A stretch of 64,000 nucleotides of DNA from Candidatus Hydrogenedentota bacterium. Lineage in GTDB: Bacteria; Hydrogenedentota; Hydrogenedentia; Hydrogenedentales; SLHB01. Of the stretch, positions 9,808-18,697 are shown one piece after another (the stretch's first letter is position 1; each line of letters opens with the position of its first letter). The position numbers and the translations under genes are program-made. The DNA is taken from contig BTVY01000011.1 of the NCBI GenBank assembly GCA_045863335.1, forward strand, positions 32,001 through 96,000, read 5' to 3'. The notes beneath the pieces were generated by a model. It searched no databases, was not told the origin of the DNA, and worked only from the letters and a program-made list of their open reading frames with translations.

Positions 9808-12771
9808 ATGCAAGTGAACAACGAAGACCCGCGGCTCACCGCTTTCGCCCTGGGTGAACTGGACGGTGACGAGCGGGATGCAATCGCGGCGGCGGTGGAT
9901 GCCGACCCGGTATTGACCGAACGGGTCAAAGAGATCACCGCCGCGGCGGAAGCCGCATTCCAAGCTTTTCCCAAAGACGACGGGCTTGAACTGACCGGGG
10001 AACAAAGGCAGACCATCATCGACGCGAGCCAACAATTCGCCTCCCCGCGGTTTTCCCCTGCATCGCGCTTCTGGAGGGCGGCGCACTTTGCGGCGTTGGC
10101 GGGGTGCATCATGGCGGCGCTCGGCGCGTACGCGTTCTGGCGTGTCGCCTCTGAACCGACCTTATCCCAGGACGGCGCAATGCAGGTGAGTCTCCTTCAG
10201 CAACGCCAAGTTCGTCAACTTCCATCCTCAGAATCGGCGCCCGCACGTTTTGACGAATCGACCGTCGGTAAGTTGGAAGCCCTCGAATACGGGGGAGACG
10301 CCCGGTCCGTACCTGAGGACGTGGCCCAGAGGTCGCGATTGTTGGTTATGGAAAGCGAGGCCCTCGCGCCCGCGCCGACTGAAGGCGGCGAGCGGCAGTC
10401 GTCCAATCTCCAGAACGCGCAGGTAGGCGTCGAAATACGTGTGCGCGAGGATCACTATGCCACTTACGGGATCGATCCCTCCTCGGTCCGCGCGTCCGGG
10501 ACGGAAGCTACGGGAGACACTGGTGGAGTTCCCGCAACCGCGCCCGCGCCGAAAGTGCCGGATGATGTCGAGCTCTACCAATCCCATATTGGAGCCCCGG
10601 AGCCGCTTCCGGAAAGTCCGCCCGCGGACCAGCCGGCACCGGGCTTCGTGGAGCAGCGGACTCGACTGACCGTGCAAGCGGATTTCGATGAGCAGAACGT
10701 GCGGCCACCCGAGATCCTTGAGAACCGGGCCGCGATGAATGACGCAACGCCCAACGACACAACCTCGCCGCCCGTCATGGAAGGGCAGGAAGGCGAACCT
10801 CGAATCCTGGCGTACGATGTTGGCGGCGATGGGACGCCGGAATTGACCCCCTTCCACACCCGGCGCGTGGAAACGGAAGTGCACGACTTGGTCTCGTTGT
10901 ATGACACTAACGCCGAGAATCAGTCGTCCACCCCAGGCCTTGGCGCCAGCGGATTCGGAGGAGGCGGTGGTAACTTCGGCGGAGGCCGTTTCGGTGGTGC
11001 GCGTCCGGAGGTCGGATATGAGATGCGCGGAGTCAATGCGCCGGATTCCGGCCAAGCCGATCCAAATGCTTCCAAGTTGAGCCTGAACTATGCGGACCCG
11101 GGTACCAATCGTTTTATTGAAGTGGACAGTTACGACATTTGGGGGGAAGATTTCCGGTCCAACTATATCACCGCCCGTGACAAAAGCGAAGACGTCCAGA
11201 TCTATCAAGCGTATGTCGACGCGGACGAAAAGGATGGCCGCTATTCAGACCGAAACTCACTTGGCGCGGAATCCTACGCGCCCATCTCGCCGAAGCCTTT
11301 CACGCAGGTGTCGCAGGAGCCGCTGTCGACGTTCTCCGTGGATGTGGATACGGCCTCTTACGCGAACGCGCGGCGCTACCTAACGCAAGGGCAACTTCCG
11401 CCGCCGGATGCGGTTCGCATTGAAGAGATGATCAACTACTTCGACTATGAATACGCAGCGCCGCGTGGGGCGGACCCGATTTCCGTTGACGTCGAGATCG
11501 CCCAGTGCGTATGGGAGACGCAGCACCGGCTCGCACGGATTGCATTGAAGGCCCGCGAAGTGCCCATGGACGACCGCGGCCCTGCGAATCTCGTATTTCT
11601 CATCGACGTGTCGGGGTCCATGAAGGACTCGAACAAGCTGCCCTTGCTGAAGGAGTCCATGAAAGCCCTGACGCGGCGGCTGCTCCCTCAGGACCGCGTG
11701 GCCATCGTGACCTACCGCGACGCGGCGAGCATTGCGCTGTCGCCTACGGCGGTAGGTGACCGGACCACCATTGAAACGGCGATCAACGCGCTGCACGCCG
11801 AGGGGTCCACCAACGGCGCAGGCGGTGTGGAACTGGCCTACTCCATCGCGTCGCAGAACGTCGTCAGTGGCAGCATCAACCGCGTGATCCTCGCAACCGA
11901 CGGTGATTTCAACGTGGGCGAGACGGACAACGACCGGCTGGTCGAGTTGATTCGCAATTCCGCCGCAACGGGCGTCTTCCTGACCGTGCTCGGGTTCGGC
12001 GAGGGCAACCTGAAGGACGACCGCCTCGAAGCCATGGCCGACAAAGGCAACGGCGCCTATCACTACATCGACAACTACAACGAAGCGACCCGCGTACTCT
12101 GCGCGCAAGTGGACGCGACACTGGCGACGGTCGCCAAAGATGTGAAAGTGCAGATCGAATTCAATCCCCAGCATGTGGCCGCCTACCGGCTCATCGGGTA
12201 CGAGAATCGCGCCCTCGCCGCCGCCGATTTCAACAACGACCGCAAAGACGCCGGCGAAATGGGGTCGGGCGAGAGCGTGACGGCGTTGTACGAACTGGTG
12301 CCCATTGGCGCGTCGACCACGCCTGGGCGTGGGGTGGATGAGTTGAAGTACCAGGCAAATCCCGCGCCGGCGCCAACGCAATCCGGCGATGTCAATCCAG
12401 AAACGATGACCGTCAAGATCCGCTACAAGGACCCTGAAGGCGACACGAGCCGGAAGTTTGAAGTGCCAGTCGTGGATGACGGCGAAGGCTATGACCAATC
12501 CTCACGCGACTATCGCTGGGCTACAGCCGTCGCCGGGTTCGGAATGCTGTTACGGCATCCCGCGAGCCATGACATGACTTTCGTCAGCGAAGATGGGACA
12601 CGCATACTCGGTATTAACACGATCGTGTCGAACCCCGTCCCCGACTCCTTGACCTTTGCCAAAGTGCGGGAAATTGCCGAAGGCGCGAACGGGTACGACC
12701 CCGACGGAAGGCGGGCAGAGTTTATCAGTCTCGTGGTGGCGGTCCAGACCCTACGGGGAGACCCAAACTAG
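9808..12771 (+). CDS. YfbK-like VWA-domain protein with N-terminal anti-sigma-like domain and TM
   Basis: N-terminal DPRLTAFALGELD..ER (anti-sigma-like), a TM, a long acidic linker, then PLSTFSVDVDTASY, VRIEEMINYFDY, MIDAS FLIDVSGSM, ILATDGDFNVG, YRLIGYENR..DFNNDRKDAGE. Confidence 0.88.
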   Translation: MQVNNEDPRLTAFALGELDGDERDAIAAAVDADPVLTERVKEITAAAEAAFQAFPKDDGLELTGEQRQTIIDASQQFASPRFSPASRFWRAAHFAALAGCIMAALGAYAFWRVASEPTLSQDGAMQVSLLQQRQVRQLPSSESAPARFDESTVGKLEALEYGGDARSVPEDVAQRSRLLVMESEALAPAPTEGGERQSSNLQNAQVGVEIRVREDHYATYGIDPSSVRASGTEATGDTGGVPATAPAPKVPDDVELYQSHIGAPEPLPESPPADQPAPGFVEQRTRLTVQADFDEQNVRPPEILENRAAMNDATPNDTTSPPVMEGQEGEPRILAYDVGGDGTPELTPFHTRRVETEVHDLVSLYDTNAENQSSTPGLGASGFGGGGGNFGGGRFGGARPEVGYEMRGVNAPDSGQADPNASKLSLNYADPGTNRFIEVDSYDIWGEDFRSNYITARDKSEDVQIYQAYVDADEKDGRYSDRNSLGAESYAPISPKPFTQVSQEPLSTFSVDVDTASYANARRYLTQGQLPPPDAVRIEEMINYFDYEYAAPRGADPISVDVEIAQCVWETQHRLARIALKAREVPMDDRGPANLVFLIDVSGSMKDSNKLPLLKESMKALTRRLLPQDRVAIVTYRDAASIALSPTAVGDRTTIETAINALHAEGSTNGAGGVELAYSIASQNVVSGSINRVILATDGDFNVGETDNDRLVELIRNSAATGVFLTVLGFGEGNLKDDRLEAMADKGNGAYHYIDNYNEATRVLCAQVDATLATVAKDVKVQIEFNPQHVAAYRLIGYENRALAAADFNNDRKDAGEMGSGESVTALYELVPIGASTTPGRGVDELKYQANPAPAPTQSGDVNPETMTVKIRYKDPEGDTSRKFEVPVVDDGEGYDQSSRDYRWATAVAGFGMLLRHPASHDMTFVSEDGTRILGINTIVSNPVPDSLTFAKVREIAEGANGYDPDGRRAEFISLVVAVQTLRGDPN

Positions 12772-12824
12772 GCGATCCCCAATTCCATATCCTCACCCAA
12801 ACCTCGCAAACACTCTGCGGGCAC

Positions 12825-12855
12825 AACAGGCGGCGCTCACCCAACGCCGCCTGTT
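12825..12855. terminator. Hairpin after the VWA gene (possible terminator)
   Basis: AACAGGCGGCG/CGCCGCCTGTT perfect 11-bp stem; weak U tract. Confidence 0.5.
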
Positions 12856-13055
12856 CGCGTTTGGTTGGGGCGCGCCACGAATGGGCGACCCCGGTTTGGA
12901 CCTTGCCCCGCGACGCGTCTACCGGCGGCACCGTTTCAGTGCAACACGCCGTCTATACAGATAAGGACCACTGCCACTATGCCAATCTCACCCAAAATGT
13001 TGCCCCAACCTACCCCGCGCGGTGTCCGTCGTTCGCCTGCACCTCCACGACTCAG

Positions 13056-13250
13056 CACCCCCCCTTGAATCGACAAAAGAACGCGTGTCACCCCCGATTC
13101 CCCCAGACTCCCATCGCTCTATGTCATTTCGGCGCAACTCCGCTCAACCTCTGCGGATACGCAGAATTGCTCTGCGAGACTACGAGTTCAACGGACTCTT
13201 GCACCAGGGACACCCCCCCTTGAATCGTCAAGAAATCTCGACGCACCCCC
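13056..13250. repeat. Degenerate 40-bp direct repeat, two copies
   Basis: CACCCCCCCTTGAATCG[A/T]CAA-N12-CACCCCC at 13056-13095 and 13211-13250. Confidence 0.65.
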
Positions 13251-13327
13251 ACACTTTCCAAATCGTCCTTTACCCCGTATACTCAAATTGCTTTTCCGCG
13301 AGGAAACCTGGTGCAAGGGAGCGAATC

Positions 13328-15748
13328 ATGGTGCGTACGCGATCTGTCTTTTTTTGTATGGCGTTGCTGATTGGGACGGCAAGGTGGAGCGGCGCCGAGG
13401 ATATGTACCTCGTGCGCGATGTGGAGCCGCAGCCGCTGTTGTCGCACGCGTTGCGATTGAGCGAGGCACTCTCGTTCCTTGGGAGCCACCTCACCGAAGA
13501 GGACAAAGCACGATTGGAGGCCATGCGTGACGAACCGCACACGGATGCCCTCGTTGATAGCGTGCAGCAAATCCTTGATCCCTACTGCCTGGCGCTGATG
13601 CACATTAATCCCGAGATGCGGGTTAAGGTCCATCGTGGACCCGCGCAAGCGGAACTCATGCAGAACGGCTGGAGCACATTTCTCATCAAAGTGCACAACG
13701 AGTCCGGCACGCGCGCGGCCGTGAACGTGGAAAGTCCTAACGCGGCCCCCTTGCTCCACCGTTCCTCCGGAGCGCCCGAGCCGAAACCAGAGAACGCCAT
13801 CAGCCCGGGCGAGTTGGCCTGGCGCTTCCTTGAATTGAAGATGTACCAGCGGCGGCCGCTCAACGCCGAACTGTCCGGCCTGCCCCTGGAATACGTGGTG
13901 GTGCAGGCTTACACGAAAGAGCGCGGCCCGCGCGAAGCGCAGATTGGATTCAACGTGGGGCAGGGCACGCAGGATATCGGATACCGCGACCACGTCGATA
14001 TTCTCTTCGACTGCAAGCCCGCGGTGAAATTCGTTTTCCGCGTGAAGGACCACGACGGCCAGCCCGCAATGGCGTCGTTTGTGATTACCGACGGCATCGA
14101 TCGCGTCAATCCGGACGAGGATAATCCGAACGCGCCCAAGCCGGACTACCGCATCCGAAATGCCGAGACGCCGCCGACGGGAACCATGCTGACCGCCATG
14201 CAACGCTTCACCGGCGTGTATCCGTTGCCGTCGCGACGCGTGGCGGATGTCGACGAATTCCCTGACTTCTATTTCCAACCCCAGATTTACCGCGCCGACG
14301 GCGAATATGTGTACCTGCCACCGGGCGAATACCACGTGGAATACACGCGCGGACCGGAGTATTTGCCACAAGAGACAACCATCACCGTTCCGGAAGATGC
14401 CACCGAGTGCGAGCATACCTTTGAGCTAAAACGTTGGATCCACCTCGCCGACATAGGCTGGTACAGTGCCGACCATCATGTCCACGGCGGTGGCTGCTCC
14501 CATTACGAGAGTCCGGAAGCGGGGGTTACCCCCGAGGCCATGATGCGCCAAGCACTCGGCGAAGATCTCAACATTGCCTGTGTGTTGTCCTGGGGACCGT
14601 GCTGGTATCACCAGAAGACCTTCTTCGACGGCGCGGTAAACGCGCTGTCCACACCAACCAACCTCATGCGGTACGACGTCGAAGTGTCGGGCTTTCCTTC
14701 TAGCCACGCAGGACATCTGTGCTTGTTGCGCCTGACGGAGGACGACTATCCCAACACCACGAAAATTGAGGAGTGGCCAAGCTGGACCCTGCCCGTGCTG
14801 CAATGGGGCAAGTCCCAAGGCGCGGTTGTCGGCTATTCCCACTCGGGCTGGGGCCTGGAGCCACTGGAAGAGACCTTCGAGCTGCCGAACTATGTGATGG
14901 CGAAATTTGACGGCATCGGCGCGAACGAATACATCGTGACGGCGGTCCACGACGCCTGCGACTTCATCAGCGCGGGCGATACGCCGTATCCGTGGGAACT
15001 CAACATCTGGTACCACGTGCTCAATTGCGGGTTCCGCACCCGCATCAGCGGCGAAACCGATTTCCCCTGCATCTACGACGAGCGCGTGGGTCTGGCGCGC
15101 AGCTATGCGCCGGTGGACGGAGAACTGGACTTCGATGCGTACATGCAGAAGATCAAAGAAGGGGCGAACTACGTTTCTGACGGCAAGTCGCACATTCTGG
15201 ATTTCCGAGTTGATGACGCAGGAATGGGTATCAGCGGAAGCGAACTGCGGCTAGACCAAGCCAAGACGGTCACAGTCTCGGCACGCATAGCTGCCTACTT
15301 GCCTGAAGAACAAGACGAAACTGGCAAATTACTGGCTGAACTGGAACCCAACAAGTCCCCCTACTGGCACATCGAACGGGCGCGCATCGGCACGTCCCGG
15401 AAGGTTCCGGTTGAACTCATCGTCAACGGGCAATCCGTGGCGCGAACGGAAATCATTGCCGACGGAAAGCTCCAGGAGATCGCCTTCGAACACCCCGTCG
15501 AACACTCCAGTTGGGTCGCTCTGCGGATTCTCCCCAGCAGCCATACGAACCCCGTCTTTGTGCTCGTGGACGGCAAACCCATCCGCGCGAGCAAACGCAG
15601 CGCCGAATGGTGCCGGGCGGCGGTGGACCGATGCTGGGAAATGAAGGCAAAGGCTATTCGCGACGAAGAGCGCGAGACGGCACGGAAGGCTTACGACGTG
15701 GCGCGCCGGGCGTACGAGCAAATTCTTACCGAATCCGTAGCGGACTAA
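13328..15748 (+). CDS. Exported PHP-fold metallohydrolase (CehA/McbA-like)
   Basis: Signal peptide, a carboxypeptidase-regulatory-like segment (LPPGEYHVEYTRGPEY), GWYSADHHVH, HAGHL, YSHSGWG, ISGETDFPC, SSHTNPVFV. ATG 13328 is more plausible than 13022. Confidence 0.8.
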   Translation: MVRTRSVFFCMALLIGTARWSGAEDMYLVRDVEPQPLLSHALRLSEALSFLGSHLTEEDKARLEAMRDEPHTDALVDSVQQILDPYCLALMHINPEMRVKVHRGPAQAELMQNGWSTFLIKVHNESGTRAAVNVESPNAAPLLHRSSGAPEPKPENAISPGELAWRFLELKMYQRRPLNAELSGLPLEYVVVQAYTKERGPREAQIGFNVGQGTQDIGYRDHVDILFDCKPAVKFVFRVKDHDGQPAMASFVITDGIDRVNPDEDNPNAPKPDYRIRNAETPPTGTMLTAMQRFTGVYPLPSRRVADVDEFPDFYFQPQIYRADGEYVYLPPGEYHVEYTRGPEYLPQETTITVPEDATECEHTFELKRWIHLADIGWYSADHHVHGGGCSHYESPEAGVTPEAMMRQALGEDLNIACVLSWGPCWYHQKTFFDGAVNALSTPTNLMRYDVEVSGFPSSHAGHLCLLRLTEDDYPNTTKIEEWPSWTLPVLQWGKSQGAVVGYSHSGWGLEPLEETFELPNYVMAKFDGIGANEYIVTAVHDACDFISAGDTPYPWELNIWYHVLNCGFRTRISGETDFPCIYDERVGLARSYAPVDGELDFDAYMQKIKEGANYVSDGKSHILDFRVDDAGMGISGSELRLDQAKTVTVSARIAAYLPEEQDETGKLLAELEPNKSPYWHIERARIGTSRKVPVELIVNGQSVARTEIIADGKLQEIAFEHPVEHSSWVALRILPSSHTNPVFVLVDGKPIRASKRSAEWCRAAVDRCWEMKAKAIRDEERETARKAYDVARRAYEQILTESVAD

Positions 15749-15882
15749 CCGCGACTCCATCCACCGCAGCTCGAAGCTGTACGGAAAATCGCATCCGTGG
15801 TATAACGGTACCGGTATAACCAAGCGACGTGGCCCCGTCGTACGAGCGGACGGCGTCGGGAACGCCGCATGCGCGAGCACAA

Positions 15883-18678
15883 ATGGGGCTTTTCCAGTAT
15901 CTCACTCCCGCGGTCTACGGCATGCTTGTCGTCGTGTGGGGATACATCCTTGTATTCTATCTGCGTCGCCTTATAGAACGATCGCGCCAGCATAAGCTCC
16001 TGTACAAACTCTTCATCATCCTCGGCATCGCCGCTCTCAGCACGTTGTTTGAGAGTGTATTCTTCGGGCTTCGCTACTCAGCCGTCATGGAACTCCTCCC
16101 CCCGTACATACACGAGACTCTGGAGCGCCCTGAGTTGGTCATCCTCCCGAAGGGCCTCAACCTGCTGGCCGGCCTGCTGATCATCTGGATTCTGCTGCGC
16201 CGCTGGCTTCCCCAGGAAGAGCAGGATCGGCGCGAAGCCCTCGCGCGGACCCGCTCCCTGGAAAGTCAGGTCCAGGAACGAACCGCCGAACTCGAGGCCT
16301 CCAACCGGCAGTTGTCGGAGGAACTGGATGAGCGTACCCGGCTCACCAACGCCCTTCGCGAAAGCGATGCCCGGTTTCGGGCCGTGTTCGAGCACGCAGG
16401 CCTCGGTGTGGTTATCGTCGATTTGGATTTCAAGATTGTCGACTGCAACGATGCGCTTATACGTATGCTCGGATACTCAAAAGACGAAATCGTCGCGTTG
16501 GGAATCGAAGGCATTACGCATCCCGACGATCTCGACGCCGACTTGGCATTGGCGGAATCCCTGCGCCACGGATCCCACGATTCCTACCAGATGGACAAGC
16601 GCTATGTGCGCAAAGACGGCGCCATCGTGTGGGGCAGTCTTACCGGGACCATTGTGCGCGATGAAACCGGACGCCCCGCCTTTGGCATCGGTATGGTCGA
16701 AGACATTACTGAACGGCGCCGGGCCGAGGACGCGGTCCGGGAGAGCGAAAACCTGCTCCGCACGTTCTTTAATAGCTCGCCATTTCGCATGGGTGTGGTG
16801 GAGATCGAGGACCATGAGGTTCGCTTTGTGAACGTAAACCAGGCGTTTGCCGAGGCCGTTGGCCGGGATGTGACGAGCGTGGCAGGGTGCACCGCCTCGG
16901 AGTTGGGCTTCGACCGCGACGAAATCGATTCCTGGTTGACGAAGTATCGGCGATCCATTGCTGAGAACCGATCGGTCCGGTTCGAAAGCCGGCGGTTCAT
17001 TAGTGACCACTGGGAGACGGTACTCGCGACGATTGCTCCTATCGACGGCGCCTCGGGGACCGGCCCGCGTCTGCTGTTTGTCGTCGAGGACATCACGCAA
17101 CGCAAGGAAGCCGAGGACGAACTCGCCAAGCAACGGGGCCTGATGGAAACCATCATGCAACAGGCGGCGGACGCCATCGTTGTCTGCGATAACAACGGCA
17201 AGATCGTGTTCGTTAATGCCGCCGCCCGGCGCATCGCCCGGATTTCTGACGAGCAGCTTGACGGAGAACTCTCACCACCCATATGGGGCGCCGCATACGA
17301 CACCGACGGCAAGGAGATCCCACTTGAGAAATGGTCGATACCGACGGCGCTTCGCGGCGAAGAGTATCGAAGTCAAGAGGCCCGCATGGTGCGGAGCGAC
17401 GGCTCCTATTACGACATACTCGTCAGCTCCGCGCCAGTAAAAAACGCCGACGGGGATGTAATCGCTGCCGTGGCTACCTTTACCGACATCACCGAACACA
17501 ATCGCGCCGACGAAGCGCGCCGTAAACTCGAGGGCCAGATGCAACATGCCCAGAAGCTGGAGAGCCTCGGCGTGCTCGCGGGCGGAATCGCCCACGATTT
17601 CAATAACTTGCTTGTCGGCATTCTTGGCAACGCCGACCTCGCCATTTCTGAACTGCCGCCGCGGTCACCGGCCGTTTCGTACCTGCAGGACGTCATGAAG
17701 GCGGCGCAGCGGGCCTCGGACCTGAGCCGGCAGATGTTGGCCTACTCCGGCAAAGGCAAGTTTGTTGTCGAACTCGTGAATGTAAACGAGATCATCCGCG
17801 AAATGGCTCACTTGCTCGAAGTATCCATTTCGAAAAGCGCGGTCCTGCGATTCAATCTGAGCGAACCACTCCCGCTCGTGGAGGCCGACGCAACCCAATT
17901 GCGCCAGATCGTCATGAACCTGATCACGAACGCGTCGGACGCCCTGGAAGACAACGTCGGCACTATCGCCATCAGTACGGCCGGCGTCCATTGCTCGCAG
18001 GAGGATTTCGCCGGATCCCTCACGGGTGAAGCGCCGGGAGCAGGCGATTACGTGGTGTTGGAAGTCACCGATACCGGTACCGGCATGGAGCCGGAGACCG
18101 TTGCGCGCGTTTTCGAACCCTTCTTTACGACCAAATTCACCGGTCGTGGCCTGGGATTGGCGGCCGTGCTCGGGATTGTGCGCAGCCATGGCGGGACGAT
18201 TGAAGTCAGTTCCACTCCGGGGCAGGGTACCGTATTCAGCGTATTCCTGCCCGCGACGCAAGCGCCGTCTACGGTGTCGCGTGCGCAAGACCACGATGCC
18301 CAGAATTGCACCTTTGAAGGCACGGTACTTCTGGTCGACGACGAAGACGCGGTGCGCTCGGTCATGGCGCGCATGCTGGAGCAACAGGGATTGGAGGTTG
18401 TCGCAGCAAGCAACGGAGAGCAAGCGGTGGAACGATTCCGGGAACGGAGCGGTGAATTTGCCTGCGTACTGCTGGACCTGACCATGCCCGGAATGGATGG
18501 TGAGGCGACGTTTGACGCCCTGCATGCCATCCGCGACGATGTCCCCATCGTGCTGACCAGCGGGTACAGCGAACAAGAACTTACCGAGCGCTTTTCTGCT
18601 CGCGGGTTTGCCGGTTTTCTGCAGAAGCCCTTCCGCCGGGAAGACCTCCGAAACATCGTTCAGGCCATCCTCGGGTGA
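15883..18678 (+). CDS. Membrane-bound multi-PAS hybrid histidine kinase
   Basis: Three N-terminal TMs, a coiled coil, three PAS domains, H-box AGGIAHDFNNLL, HATPase (NLITNASDA, FFTTKFTGRGLGL) and receiver (LLVDDE, LLDLTMP, LQKPF). Confidence 0.92.
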   Translation: MGLFQYLTPAVYGMLVVVWGYILVFYLRRLIERSRQHKLLYKLFIILGIAALSTLFESVFFGLRYSAVMELLPPYIHETLERPELVILPKGLNLLAGLLIIWILLRRWLPQEEQDRREALARTRSLESQVQERTAELEASNRQLSEELDERTRLTNALRESDARFRAVFEHAGLGVVIVDLDFKIVDCNDALIRMLGYSKDEIVALGIEGITHPDDLDADLALAESLRHGSHDSYQMDKRYVRKDGAIVWGSLTGTIVRDETGRPAFGIGMVEDITERRRAEDAVRESENLLRTFFNSSPFRMGVVEIEDHEVRFVNVNQAFAEAVGRDVTSVAGCTASELGFDRDEIDSWLTKYRRSIAENRSVRFESRRFISDHWETVLATIAPIDGASGTGPRLLFVVEDITQRKEAEDELAKQRGLMETIMQQAADAIVVCDNNGKIVFVNAAARRIARISDEQLDGELSPPIWGAAYDTDGKEIPLEKWSIPTALRGEEYRSQEARMVRSDGSYYDILVSSAPVKNADGDVIAAVATFTDITEHNRADEARRKLEGQMQHAQKLESLGVLAGGIAHDFNNLLVGILGNADLAISELPPRSPAVSYLQDVMKAAQRASDLSRQMLAYSGKGKFVVELVNVNEIIREMAHLLEVSISKSAVLRFNLSEPLPLVEADATQLRQIVMNLITNASDALEDNVGTIAISTAGVHCSQEDFAGSLTGEAPGAGDYVVLEVTDTGTGMEPETVARVFEPFFTTKFTGRGLGLAAVLGIVRSHGGTIEVSSTPGQGTVFSVFLPATQAPSTVSRAQDHDAQNCTFEGTVLLVDDEDAVRSVMARMLEQQGLEVVAASNGEQAVERFRERSGEFACVLLDLTMPGMDGEATFDALHAIRDDVPIVLTSGYSEQELTERFSARGFAGFLQKPFRREDLRNIVQAILG

Positions 18679-18697
18679 GTCGCGGCTTCGTGTGCCG

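Noticed and set aside
9545-9817. 90-aa ORF between the ECF sigma and VWA genes
   Set aside because: Mostly translated REP-like repeat sequence; no coding signature.
13056-13250. Possible CRISPR remnant
   Set aside because: Only two copies, 155-bp period, no cas genes.
15190-15360. Short lower-GC3 patch in the metallohydrolase gene
   Set aside because: Too short and modest (8/19 in one counted line) to separate from noise.
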